DNA of 64,000 nucleotides. Origin: Candidatus Poribacteria bacterium (lineage in GTDB: Bacteria; Poribacteria; WGA-4E; WGA-3G). The first letter of the stretch is position 1, and each line of letters begins with the position of its first letter. The position numbers and the translations under genes are program-made. Under the pieces are notes generated by a model that searched no databases, was not told the DNA's origin, and was given only the letters and a program-made list of their open reading frames with translations. This document shows positions 48,359-58,232 of this stretch, one piece after another. The DNA lies in the NCBI GenBank assembly GCA_964291315.2, contig OZ219753.1, forward strand, positions 2,208,001 through 2,272,000, in the 5' to 3' direction.

Positions 48359-48658
48359 ATGGTTGAACACATCGTCCTACTCAAGTTAAAATCTGGGGTG
48401 CTTGAAGCGCACCTGGAGGCCCTGTCGGATGCCCTTTTAGGAATGGCGGATGAGATCCCCGGGATCGAATCGATAACTGCTGGTGTGAACAATAGTCCTG
48501 AGGGGAAAAGTCAAGGGTATAGTTACGGTTTTATTGTCCGTTTTAAAGATGAAGCGTCCCGCGATGCCTATCTACCGCATCCTTTTCACCATCAAGTGGC
48601 GGCTGATCACATTCGTCCTTTGGTTGAGGATGTTCTCGTTTTCGACTATTCTGTTTAA
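48359..48658 (+). CDS. Dabb-family (stress-responsive A/B barrel) protein
   Basis: EHIVLLKLK, IPGI, G.N.SPE and YLPHPFH motifs. Confidence 0.88.
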   Translation: MVEHIVLLKLKSGVLEAHLEALSDALLGMADEIPGIESITAGVNNSPEGKSQGYSYGFIVRFKDEASRDAYLPHPFHHQVAADHIRPLVEDVLVFDYSV

Positions 48659-48790
48659 GCGAGACGGCAGTCTCGGTATCGCAGTTCACGGTCCGATAGT
48701 CTTTTTAATTTTTATTTTTTGGCGAGGCATCTCATTGCCCCGGGCGTTAAGCGTTTTGCAATAGCCTCGTCTTGTGTGGAGGGACCATAG

Positions 48791-50179
48791 ATGAGTTTGA
48801 ATATAGTAGTGGTTGTCTCGGATACACTTCGTACAGCGTATCTCAGTCCGTATGGTAACGATTGGATTCATACCCCGAATTTGGCGCGGTTTGCCGAACA
48901 GAGTGTGAAATTTACAAATGCGCATCCGGAGTGTTTACCGACAATCCCGACGCGTCGCACCCTACACACCGGTAGGCGTGCCTATCCGTTCAGCAGCTAT
49001 ACTCCTGTGCCGTGGGACAACGTGTATACCCCCGGTTGGCAGCCGATGTCTGCTGACGAGCCTGCGATTGCTGAATCGCTTGTCCAAAACGGGTATCATA
49101 CTGGTTTCTTCGCGGATGTACCTCATTACTTTGTACCGGGCATGAACTTTACGAGAGGTTTCCGCCAGTGGGAATTCATTCGAGGGCAAGCGGAGGATAG
49201 GTACCGGGGTGCGGCGCATGCTGATCCTGCGTTACTCTCTCGCTACCGCGGAAATCCGAGTCGTATCCGTTCCCATATTGTGAACGTCCAACCCGAACGT
49301 CCAGAGGAAACTTGGCATGCAGCGAGGTTGTTCCGATCGGCTATCGAATTCGTTGAACACAACTATCAAAATACTCCTTTTTATCTGTATGTAGACAGTT
49401 TTACCCCGCATGAGACGTGGGAGGCCCCTATTCACTACTACGACCTCTATGGCAAGCGCGAAGACCGGGAACCGATCTGCCTCAACCTGCCTTACGGTTC
49501 ACTCAACGATAAGGAGCTTGAAGAGCGCCTGCCGAGCGTTAAAGCCAACTATGCCGGTCTGGTAACCCTTGTGGATACATGGTTTGGGAAACTAGTGGAT
49601 ACCATCGATCGCCTAGGGCTGCGTGAGAACACACTCATCATCTTCCTTGCGGACCACGGTACAAACTTCGCGGAGAACCCAGACAAGGCGACTGGCAAAC
49701 CCGCTAATTTCATGTATCCAGGGACGATGGATATTCCTATGATGGTCAGCCATCCGTCAGGTGTTAATGCTGGTACGACGTGTGATGAATTCGTCTATAC
49801 GCTCGATGTCCCGGCAACTGTGATAGCGGCAACTCAGGTTGAACCTGCAGGTGAGATACAGGGACAGAGTCTCCTACCACTTGTGGAGGATAAAAGCGGT
49901 TTCATGTCTCGCGAATATCTCACCTGTCGCTATGTGAACTCCGTCTGGTATAAAGACGCGAGGAGTTGGTACTTCTCCAGCGTTGACTTCCAGCAAGATA
50001 TCCGACTGTTTGACCTTGAGGCAGATGTAACATGTCAGCATGACATCGCTGACCGCGGTGCTGATCGGATCGCGCTTGCAAAAGAGCGGATTTTGGCTGA
50101 TGCAAATGGACATTTGCCTCTCTACAAACGCCAAGGCAGAACGGATGCCCTCGGTAGACCACAGTTTGCAGAGGCATAG
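48791..50179 (+). CDS. Sulfatase-like alkaline-phosphatase-superfamily hydrolase
   Basis: NIVVVVSDTLR, TPNLARFA, TIPTRRTLHTG, PHE and ADHG motifs. Confidence 0.88.
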   Translation: MSLNIVVVVSDTLRTAYLSPYGNDWIHTPNLARFAEQSVKFTNAHPECLPTIPTRRTLHTGRRAYPFSSYTPVPWDNVYTPGWQPMSADEPAIAESLVQNGYHTGFFADVPHYFVPGMNFTRGFRQWEFIRGQAEDRYRGAAHADPALLSRYRGNPSRIRSHIVNVQPERPEETWHAARLFRSAIEFVEHNYQNTPFYLYVDSFTPHETWEAPIHYYDLYGKREDREPICLNLPYGSLNDKELEERLPSVKANYAGLVTLVDTWFGKLVDTIDRLGLRENTLIIFLADHGTNFAENPDKATGKPANFMYPGTMDIPMMVSHPSGVNAGTTCDEFVYTLDVPATVIAATQVEPAGEIQGQSLLPLVEDKSGFMSREYLTCRYVNSVWYKDARSWYFSSVDFQQDIRLFDLEADVTCQHDIADRGADRIALAKERILADANGHLPLYKRQGRTDALGRPQFAEA

Positions 50180-50215
50180 TTTTAAATAGAGCTTACCCCA
50201 AAAAAAGAGGTAATA

Positions 50216-50710
50216 ATGATGCGTAATTTCGAACGACTATCTCCATTTTTTGTTGTTCTTATTTTTCTGATGAGCGGAGCCACGCCATCAACTGAAAACC
50301 CAAAACCAGAGGTGGTTGAACTACACGGCAATATTGTTTGCTTAGCCGAAGAGATGCATAGACTCTATAATGCAGAACTCTTTAAAACGCATCCTCATCT
50401 TTATGGTGTTAAAACCAAAAAAGGTAAATATTATACCGTCCTGCGTACATCATTGGCCGAGGCTCTCTTTATTGACGAGCGACTCCATGAAAAAGATCTA
50501 ATTATTAACGGACGCGTCTTTCCAAATACGCAACTATTGGAGGTAATCCGATTCGCCTCCATCAAGAATGACGTTGTACATGAACTCTACTACTATTGCG
50601 ACACATGCTTCATTCGTGCCGTTGCCCCGGGGAATTGCGACTGTTGCCAAGCCCCCGTTGTGCTTATTGAGAAACCGCTAAGTATTGATTCCACAATACC
50701 GTCACCATAG
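50216..50710 (+). CDS. Secreted hypothetical protein with a C-terminal Cys cluster
   Basis: Signal-like N-terminus and YYCDTC.x9.CDCC. Confidence 0.7.
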   Translation: MMRNFERLSPFFVVLIFLMSGATPSTENPKPEVVELHGNIVCLAEEMHRLYNAELFKTHPHLYGVKTKKGKYYTVLRTSLAEALFIDERLHEKDLIINGRVFPNTQLLEVIRFASIKNDVVHELYYYCDTCFIRAVAPGNCDCCQAPVVLIEKPLSIDSTIPSP

Positions 50711-50789
50711 GAGCGTTAACTCGTTCCAACTTAACCGCGAAACGTTGTGGAATGTAATGGAGAAACAACCAGATTTGATAGGGTAAAAG

Positions 50790-51983
50790 ATGGAAAAGCG
50801 ACCTAAAATCGCAGCGATTGTGACGATCTATCACAAATACTCGCATGCGCAACACATTGTCGACAGATTCCTGGAAGGCTACGGCTGGAACGGCCGACAT
50901 CACTATCCGCCTATGGACCTCGTCTCTGTCCACGTCGAACAAGTTAAAGACGACGACCTCAGTCGTGGTCGGTTGGAACGTTTTCCATCAGTAAAGGGAT
51001 ATCCCACAATTGCCGAAGCACTCACCCTCGGAAGCGAGAAATTGGCTGTTGACGGTGTGCTGCTCATCGGCGAACACGGTGAATATCCGACTAACGAAAA
51101 AGGACAACGCCTCTATCCGCGTTACGAACATTTCAAGCAGATGGCTGAGGTTTTCGAAAAAAGTGGGCGCGGCGTGCCTGTGTTCAATGATAAACACCTC
51201 TCTTGGAATTGGAAGTGGGCGCGTGAGATGTACGACATCTCCCAAAACATGGACTTTGCATTTATGGCAGGATCGTCACTCCCCGTTACGTGGCGCATTC
51301 CCTCTATCGACATGCCATTGGGTGTAACAGTCTCCGAGGCAGTCTGCGTCGGTTACGGCGGTGTGGATAGCTACGATTTCCATGCCCTGGAAACTTTACA
51401 GTGTATGGTCGAACGGCGCGAAGGAGGCGAAAGTGGTGTCAAATGGCTGCAGGCGTATCGCGGCGAGGCGTTCTGGGAAGCACACCATACGGAGCTCTGG
51501 TCGCGTGAACTCTTTGAAACTGCCCTTTGCCGCAGCCATACCCTCACACCATCGCGCCCCGGGTTCAACAACTTGTTTCCAAATATCGACGCGTTGAAGG
51601 AGATCGTAAAAGACCCGATAGCTTATCAGTATGAGCACAACGATGGGTTGAAATCTACAATGATTCTGATGAACGGATTGGTGCAAGATTTCAACTTCTC
51701 TGCTTACATCGAGTCAAACAACAAAATTCTTTCAACACAGATGTATCTGCCGATGCCACCGACACGGACGACACTGGCAAACTTTTTCTCTCCGCTGGTT
51801 AACAACATCGAAAAAATGTTTCTGACTGGTGAAGCAACCTATCCAGTCGAACGCACGTTGTTGACTACTGGACTCGTTGCAACAGGTGTTGAGAGTCTCT
51901 TTACTGAAGGCAAGAAGCAAGAGACACCGCATTTAGACATCACCTATCAATCCCCTGAGGCATCAACCTTTTGGAGGACCTAA
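50790..51983 (+). CDS. Hypothetical protein, possibly Gfo/Idh/MocA-like (paralog 1)
   Basis: Shares LAVDGVLLIGEHGEYP, FNDKHLS, AGSSLPVTWR and HALE with the next gene. Confidence 0.8.
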   Translation: MEKRPKIAAIVTIYHKYSHAQHIVDRFLEGYGWNGRHHYPPMDLVSVHVEQVKDDDLSRGRLERFPSVKGYPTIAEALTLGSEKLAVDGVLLIGEHGEYPTNEKGQRLYPRYEHFKQMAEVFEKSGRGVPVFNDKHLSWNWKWAREMYDISQNMDFAFMAGSSLPVTWRIPSIDMPLGVTVSEAVCVGYGGVDSYDFHALETLQCMVERREGGESGVKWLQAYRGEAFWEAHHTELWSRELFETALCRSHTLTPSRPGFNNLFPNIDALKEIVKDPIAYQYEHNDGLKSTMILMNGLVQDFNFSAYIESNNKILSTQMYLPMPPTRTTLANFFSPLVNNIEKMFLTGEATYPVERTLLTTGLVATGVESLFTEGKKQETPHLDITYQSPEASTFWRT

Positions 51984-51987
51984 GTGT

Positions 51988-53163
51988 ATGAAGCGCATCG
52001 CTGTTATCGCGACTATCTACCGTTATCTGTCACATGCGCAACACTTCGCTGACCGATTCCTCGTCGGTTATCCGGTCGAAGGCAGATGGCATCGCCCAAA
52101 TATGAAAGTGGTTTCTCTATTTGTTGATCAGAAACCGGAAGGTGATCAGAGTCTTGACCGCGCGAGAGAATTCGGCTTCTCTGTCTATCCAACCATCGCC
52201 GAAGCACTCCGATGTGGCGGCGATAAACTCGCTGTAGATGCGGTACTTCTCATCGGAGAACATGGCGAGTATCCACGCAACGAAAAAAATCAAATTCTCT
52301 ATCCACGATACGAATTTTTCAAGGAATGTGTTAAAGTCTTCGAGGAAGACGGACGCGCCGTGCCCATCTATAACGACAAACACCTTTCCTATAGTTTTGA
52401 GAAAGCAAAGGCTATGTTGGACGACGGACATCACCTCGGTTTTGGGGTTTTGGCAGGATCATCGTTACCCGTCACATGGCGATTGCCCGATGTCGAACTG
52501 CCACTAGAATGTGAGATAGAGGCAGCACTCATGGTAGGCGTAGGCAGCTCGGATCCGATGGATTACCATGCCTTAGAGGCGATGCAGTGCATGGTAGAAC
52601 GCCGAAAAGGCTGCGAGACTGGAATCGCTGCTGTGCAACTCATCGAAGGGTCCGCTGTCTGGGAAGCCGGTAAAAATGGAGATTGGCCACACACGCTTTT
52701 GGAAGCTGCACTTTCCCGAACCGACACACCGTGTGGCTTGACACTTGAAGACGGTAGAACGCAAGACCTACTCGGTACAGGTGAGATTCAGCGACTCGTC
52801 GAAAACCCATCCGCCTATTTTATTGAATATAATGACGGTTTGAAGGCGACGCTCCTCATGCTTAACGGTGCAGTCCGAGATTACTGTTTCGCTGCACAAC
52901 TGAAAGATGCCCCCGGGCCAGTGTCCACGCAGTTTTTTTTAACACCGACCCCGAATGTTACCTATTCTGCATGCCTTATTGCCAAAATTGAGGAACTTTT
53001 TGAAACGGGTGTTGCACCCTATCCAGCCGAGCGGACGTTATTGGTGAGCGGTGCCCTGGAGAGTTGCCTGACTTCACGCAGTCAAGGCCACGTTCGTTTA
53101 GAGACCCCACACCTTAACGTTGCATATCGCGCACCTACGGAATCGCAACATGCACGATATTAA
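51988..53163 (+). CDS. Hypothetical protein, possibly Gfo/Idh/MocA-like (paralog 2)
   Basis: Tandem paralog of 50790, separated by a 4-bp gap. Confidence 0.8.
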   Translation: MKRIAVIATIYRYLSHAQHFADRFLVGYPVEGRWHRPNMKVVSLFVDQKPEGDQSLDRAREFGFSVYPTIAEALRCGGDKLAVDAVLLIGEHGEYPRNEKNQILYPRYEFFKECVKVFEEDGRAVPIYNDKHLSYSFEKAKAMLDDGHHLGFGVLAGSSLPVTWRLPDVELPLECEIEAALMVGVGSSDPMDYHALEAMQCMVERRKGCETGIAAVQLIEGSAVWEAGKNGDWPHTLLEAALSRTDTPCGLTLEDGRTQDLLGTGEIQRLVENPSAYFIEYNDGLKATLLMLNGAVRDYCFAAQLKDAPGPVSTQFFLTPTPNVTYSACLIAKIEELFETGVAPYPAERTLLVSGALESCLTSRSQGHVRLETPHLNVAYRAPTESQHARY

Positions 53164-53228
53164 AATATAAAGGCGGACCCGCGCCCGCCCGTTTTAGGTC
53201 AGCATTAATTTTCAATACAATAGAAAAC

Positions 53229-54839
53229 CTACTTCTGAATCAACATCTTCCGGGTCGCAGTGAATTCTCCGGCTGTGAGGGTATAAAAATAGAGACCGCT
53301 TGCAACAGGTTCACCCAGTTCATTTTTACCATCCCAATACGCTGCACGATCCTTGCTCTGATAATCGCCAGCAGATTGATGCCCCAAAGCTAAGATACGA
53401 ATTAAGCACCCGTCTGCTGCGTGGATAGTTACTGTAGCCTCCGCAGGATCAGCAAGTTTATAGGGGATCCATGTCTCTGGGTTGAAAGGATTTGGGTAAT
53501 TGGGTAACAGTGCTGTTTCTTTGGGGGTCAAGAAAGCAAGGAATTGTTCCAATACGGAAAGCCCGCGCTGAAAATCAGGATCGGTGAGGTTCACCTGCCG
53601 CGTTTGACGCAGCCATGTTTGCAGTTCGTCTCTTGTTGGAGTGTCCCTTAGATCCCGTTGCCATGCTGAGGGTGCACTTGCAGCATCATCCATTGCCGCC
53701 ACAATCAACATCAAATCCGTGATATCCACAACGCCGTCACCGTTAACATCTGCAAGACTGCGTCCTGTTTTACCGAAATGTGTCGAAACGAATGTAAGGT
53801 CTTGGATGTTCACAACACTGTCACCGTTAACATCTTCTGGTTTTCGTGTTTGTGTCGAGGTATCTCCCTGAATGAGCATTGTGAATTCCGAGAGAGTGGC
53901 TTCGTCCCGAATCAAAGTTTGGAAATCTGGGTCAGTGAAGAAATGTCCTATCTGAGGTATCTCTTTAATATAATCTACAAATTGGGACTCTACACCGAAT
54001 GTCTCAAGAAGCTCTGGATATTCAACTATGATTTCAATGAGCTCGGGGGTCAAGCGAGCTCGGTTTTCAGGTATCTCCAGCCAGCTTAGAATATTCGGCA
54101 GTGCACCTTGAATTTCGAGTTGCTGAAAGGTTGATCCGTACTTATCAAACATTTGTGTTGCGAGGGTAACTCTTTGATAAACCGTCGGGCGATATCCATC
54201 GTTCGTAGGGAGAGTCAGCGTGAAATTTGCGGTATCCAGATAAATTTCAAAGAACATTCCCCAATTTCGCTCATTATCACTGACTTTGACCAAGAGGAGG
54301 TTATTACCGGTGTTTAGATCTACACGGAACTGGTCCTGAATTCCTGTTGTGCCTCTGTTAACATCGTTTATATGTATGACTTCGCCATTGAGCCAGACTT
54401 TGACGGCGTCGTCACTCCCGACTCCCATTCGTACATTTCTTTGGGGGTGAGGTGAGATAATGTTAATCAAGGCATATGCGGTATGGTAATCCAAATTCTG
54501 GTCGGTGCTCAACCCAATTTCATTTACGACTTGATTGACGTTGTTAGAATAACAACCCCAAATCCAGAACAAGCAGTCGACTGTGGGGCGGATACGCCCG
54601 CGGGTCCACTGCAATTGTCCCAAAGTTTCATGTTCATTTATGCCATGTTCAGCAACATAGCGTTCCGTTACCGCGCCTTGGCTGGTTATAGCGAGATAGT
54701 CGGTATTAATGTTTGCTCCCTTTGCAATCATCCAGAGCCAGGGCCCTTCTATGTAAGCGGCTGCCGGAGTGCAGGCGGTACAAGGAAGCAAAATTCCTAC
54801 TAAACAACACAATATCCATCTCGACTTAACAATATTCAT
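53229..54839 (-). CDS. Secreted protein with a beta-sandwich domain, dockerin-like Ca-binding repeats and a FlgD-Ig/T9SS-type C-terminal domain
   Basis: Start MNIVKS after AAGGAG. Motifs GSDDAVKVWLNG, DVNGDSVVNIQDL and DVNGDGVVDITDL, then PKETALLPNYPNPFNPETWIPY...TRKMLIQK. Confidence 0.85.
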   Translation of the reverse strand: MNIVKSRWILCCLVGILLPCTACTPAAAYIEGPWLWMIAKGANINTDYLAITSQGAVTERYVAEHGINEHETLGQLQWTRGRIRPTVDCLFWIWGCYSNNVNQVVNEIGLSTDQNLDYHTAYALINIISPHPQRNVRMGVGSDDAVKVWLNGEVIHINDVNRGTTGIQDQFRVDLNTGNNLLLVKVSDNERNWGMFFEIYLDTANFTLTLPTNDGYRPTVYQRVTLATQMFDKYGSTFQQLEIQGALPNILSWLEIPENRARLTPELIEIIVEYPELLETFGVESQFVDYIKEIPQIGHFFTDPDFQTLIRDEATLSEFTMLIQGDTSTQTRKPEDVNGDSVVNIQDLTFVSTHFGKTGRSLADVNGDGVVDITDLMLIVAAMDDAASAPSAWQRDLRDTPTRDELQTWLRQTRQVNLTDPDFQRGLSVLEQFLAFLTPKETALLPNYPNPFNPETWIPYKLADPAEATVTIHAADGCLIRILALGHQSAGDYQSKDRAAYWDGKNELGEPVASGLYFYTLTAGEFTATRKMLIQK

Positions 54840-54847
54840 AGGTGGAT

Positions 54848-54965
54848 TTATCTCCTTATTAACATTTTCCGAGTTGCAGTGAATTCTCCTGCTTTGAGGG
54901 CATAGAAATAGAGTCCCACTTGTACTAGACTCACCGGGTTCGTTTCTTCCGAACGTGTATGCTGA
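54848..54965 (-). pseudogene. Relic of a C-terminal-domain gene tail
   Basis: AYTFGRNEPGESSTSG in one frame is followed by GLYFYALKAGEFTATRKMLIRR* in another. This matches AYWDGKNELGEPVASGLYFYTLTAGEFTATRKMLIQK of the downstream gene. Confidence 0.75.
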
Positions 54966-55157
54966 AAAACAGGTTTCGCACCTGGCCCCCACGCAGCCAT
55001 TAAAATTTTGTTTGTAATATAACATATTATATACATAATGCCAAATTCAAAAGGTTTGATAAAAAAATGAACTGGCAGAAAGCCTACGTTATTGGTATAA
55101 TAAGTATATCTATCAACATTGACAAACCGAGATTCTTTGTTCAAAAGGATATAAAAG

Positions 55158-55985
55158 ATGAAATTCAAACGCGAAGAAATTTTAGAGCAACTACGTAATA
55201 ATATTGGCGCAGGCAAACCTATCATCGGAGCAGGTGCCGGCACGGGCATCTCTGCGAAATGTGAGGCAGCTGGCGGGATCGACCTGATTATTATCTACAA
55301 TTCCGGGAGATTTAGAATGGCAGGTAGAGGGTCCCTTGCCGGGATGATGCCCTATGGTGACGCAAACCGGATTGTTGTAGAGATGGCGAGCGAAGTGCTA
55401 CCCGTCGTTCCCGACACCCCCGTCCTTGCAGGCGTTTGCGGTACTGACCCATTTCGATTGATGGATGTCTTCTTAAAAGAGATAGATGCAATCGGGTTCT
55501 CTGGGGTTCAGAACTTCCCGACGGTGGGTCTGATTGATGGAACGTTCCGGCAACTGCTTGAGGAGACAGATATGGGATATGGCGCTGAGGTAGAGATGAT
55601 TCGGACAGCCCATCAACTCGGTATGCTCACGACACCTTACGCCTTCAACGAAACAGAAGCGGAGCAGATGGCAGATGCGGGTGCGGATATCCTCGTTGCA
55701 CACATGGGGCTCACTACGAAAGGTTCTATCGGCGCGAAAACCGCTTTCACACTTGAGGATGCCGCCAAACGCGTGCAAGCCATCCACGATGCAGCGAAAG
55801 GGGTTAATCCTGATATCCTCGTTATCTGTCACGGAGGCCCCATTGCAGAACCGGAAGACGCAGCGTATATCTTGGAAAACAGCGATGGTATTGTAGGGTT
55901 CTATGGTGCCTCAAGTGCTGAACGTCTCCCGACGGAACGCGCAATCATAGCGCAGATTGAGGAATTCAAGAAAATTCGGTTATAA
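55158..55985 (+). CDS. Phosphoenolpyruvate-hydrolase-like TIM-barrel protein (Tm-1 C-terminal type)
   Basis: [44 protein letters not shown] and GASSAERLP motifs. Confidence 0.9.
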   Translation: MKFKREEILEQLRNNIGAGKPIIGAGAGTGISAKCEAAGGIDLIIIYNSGRFRMAGRGSLAGMMPYGDANRIVVEMASEVLPVVPDTPVLAGVCGTDPFRLMDVFLKEIDAIGFSGVQNFPTVGLIDGTFRQLLEETDMGYGAEVEMIRTAHQLGMLTTPYAFNETEAEQMADAGADILVAHMGLTTKGSIGAKTAFTLEDAAKRVQAIHDAAKGVNPDILVICHGGPIAEPEDAAYILENSDGIVGFYGASSAERLPTERAIIAQIEEFKKIRL

Positions 55986-56215
55986 TTCCCTCTTTATTCC
56001 GCCTGCGCGGTTACCCAACAGCGCAGATTTATCATTAGTAAACGTTTATAACGGCACAACCTCGCCCAATTTAACGCCTATCAAATACGCGATGCCACGT
56101 ATCCATGGTATCATCTCATTTTTTCAGGCGAATTTCGGAGGCACCTCCACCATGAGTGCCTGCTAGAATCACCCTCAGAAAAGGCATCAGTTGTGTATCA
56201 AATCCACCGTCCTAC

Positions 56216-57277
56216 TCACTCATCAAGATAGTTTTCGTTGACATAGCGTGTGATTATTTCAATTTCTTCCTCTTCAAGATAAAGCCCGTTATCTATCATT
56301 CGTGTCATCATCTCGGTTGTTTCTTCTTCAGAGCGAGGCGGATAGTCTTCAACGTCTGTCAGTGGATGACACTGTGAGCATTTATCCTCAAAGAGTGCTT
56401 TCGCTTCAGCCTCATCGTAAGCAATTGGTGGTGTTTCCGCTGCTGCGTCCGATTTTACAGCAACAGTTGCGGTTTGGGCAGCTGCTTTCGCCTCATCGGC
56501 GCGCATCTGTTCCTGTCGTTGTTCCCGTACCGAAACCTGGATATCCGGTGTAATTGCAATGAGGTATGCCGAAACAGCCCACGATTCTTCTGTATGAATA
56601 GGTTCCCCAATCATAGGTTTTATCACCATACGATTGACGAGGCGAACCCAGTCTGTGGGTGTACGCGGCTTCGCGAGAATAGTGCGCAGATCGTGACAGA
56701 TGACACATTTGCTTTGCAGGACATGCTGGCCTTCGCGCAATTTTCGCTTTGACGCGAGTTGATCAAGCGGTGCTTCTGCTGGTAGTCCAGCGTTTTGAAG
56801 CAACTTTCGGGTTCGCGTGATCCCTTCATCGCTGAAGGCGCCTGTCTGTGTTCGCAATGCCACTTCCCGAAAGGTGAAGGGCACGGACAACCCAATCAAT
56901 AGATAGGTACAAATTAGGAGACATGTACCGATGTAGGGCATTGACTCCTCAAAATGTCGAAAAAATCGAAGGATAGCAATTTTGACGAGAATCAACACCC
57001 CAATCGTAATACCGAGCATCAGATGTGCGACAGTGCGCGGCGGCAGTTCAACTTGGTAATTCCACAAGCGCGGCACCATGTGCCACATCATAAAGAGATA
57101 GAGGATGGCGTATGCATAACCGATGAACCGATGGAGTAGCATCAATGAAGGCGGTGCTTCACTGGTCCGTGTCTCCTTATCAAATGGGTACCCCCATAAC
57201 TTAAACATCAAAAAGACGGAGGCGTTCGCAAGTCCTAAAAAAATTAAACCGAGGATTGCACTCGTTGAGGTAGACAT
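56216..57277 (-). CDS. Membrane-anchored diheme c-type cytochrome
   Basis: Four N-terminal TM helices with His residues (LHRFIG, AHLMLG) and heme motifs CVICH and CSQCH. Confidence 0.85.
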   Translation of the reverse strand: MSTSTSAILGLIFLGLANASVFLMFKLWGYPFDKETRTSEAPPSLMLLHRFIGYAYAILYLFMMWHMVPRLWNYQVELPPRTVAHLMLGITIGVLILVKIAILRFFRHFEESMPYIGTCLLICTYLLIGLSVPFTFREVALRTQTGAFSDEGITRTRKLLQNAGLPAEAPLDQLASKRKLREGQHVLQSKCVICHDLRTILAKPRTPTDWVRLVNRMVIKPMIGEPIHTEESWAVSAYLIAITPDIQVSVREQRQEQMRADEAKAAAQTATVAVKSDAAAETPPIAYDEAEAKALFEDKCSQCHPLTDVEDYPPRSEEETTEMMTRMIDNGLYLEEEEIEIITRYVNENYLDE

Positions 57278-57302
57278 GTTACATATTCCTTTCGTCTTTT
57301 CC

Positions 57303-58103
57303 TTATATATCCAAGGTAGGGCGATTTAATCGAGAGTGATAGGGCGGCTCCATCACGGCGCGCTGGCGTTCATTCGCCCATTCGGGTACCGGATAGGCGG
57401 GCACATAGGCCATATTACCTGCGGTATAACGGGTTAAGATAGAGCGTCGGGGATGTTCAGCTGTCCACGGTAGTGTTCCGTGTGTCACCGCCTCGGTGAA
57501 AATGACCACATCGCCAGCATTGCAGACGACTTGGCGGATATGCTCTTGGTGTTCTTGGTAAAGTCGCATCTTTTTCGGACACCGATAGTTACTTTTATGG
57601 CTTCCTGGAATGACAATCAACCCGCCTGCTCCGGGCGGTACATCGGTTAGCTGAAACGTGACAACAGTCAAACCGTTATGCATACGCCCCTCACGAAAGA
57701 TGTAGTACTGGTTCGGATCAAAACCGGGGCCGGAGGATCCGTGGAAGGTATGGCCCTCTGCTCCTTTGTTCATTGAAAGCAGAAACATCTGATGATCCAT
57801 ACGGAACCCTTTTCCGAGCATCTCATTGAGATACGAAACGAGTGTCGGATGTGCAAGCATATGCCGGAATGGGTTACACCATGGCTCTTGCCAGTTGAGC
57901 ATACCACCGAGTTCTTCTCTACCGTGTTCACCTCTTAACTCTGGAGACCCGCCATCTAGTGCTTGATCACGTGGACGGATATGTGCCTGATCACTGTGTT
58001 TATCAATAGCTTCGTTCGCACGTGCTACCTCATCAGGGGTGAGCACATTTTTGACAATGAGGTAACCGTTCAGATCAAATAGATACTTTTCGTCAGCGTT
58101 CAT
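57303..58103 (-). CDS. PhyH-family Fe(II)/2-oxoglutarate oxygenase with an atypical HGS metal motif
   Basis: FDLNGYL, FHGS, GGLIVIPGSHK, AGDVVIF and HGT...RRS motifs. SD GGAGG precedes MNADEK. Confidence 0.88.
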   Translation of the reverse strand: MNADEKYLFDLNGYLIVKNVLTPDEVARANEAIDKHSDQAHIRPRDQALDGGSPELRGEHGREELGGMLNWQEPWCNPFRHMLAHPTLVSYLNEMLGKGFRMDHQMFLLSMNKGAEGHTFHGSSGPGFDPNQYYIFREGRMHNGLTVVTFQLTDVPPGAGGLIVIPGSHKSNYRCPKKMRLYQEHQEHIRQVVCNAGDVVIFTEAVTHGTLPWTAEHPRRSILTRYTAGNMAYVPAYPVPEWANERQRAVMEPPYHSRLNRPTLDI

Positions 58104-58127
58104 TTTCGAGGTCCTCCACTTCATGAA

Positions 58128-58232
58128 TAGCTATCAGCTGTTAATCGTCTAGCACCAGGAATCCGTTGTGGCGATCGCAAATGTTTGTTCATATTATATG
58201 GCCTGGTGACCGGCAACTGCTGAAGGCAGCTA
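58128..58232. repeat. Heptamer-ended intergenic element (degenerate)
   Basis: Left end TAGCTATCAGCTGTT and right end GCTGAAGGCAGCTA. Confidence 0.4.

Noticed and set aside
54848-55249. 133-aa minus-strand ORF, and other short antisense or overlapping ORFs in the track
   Set aside because: Only the last 22 or so codons of the 133-aa ORF are meaningful (the CTD relic). The others are shadows of well-supported genes, without SD or motifs.
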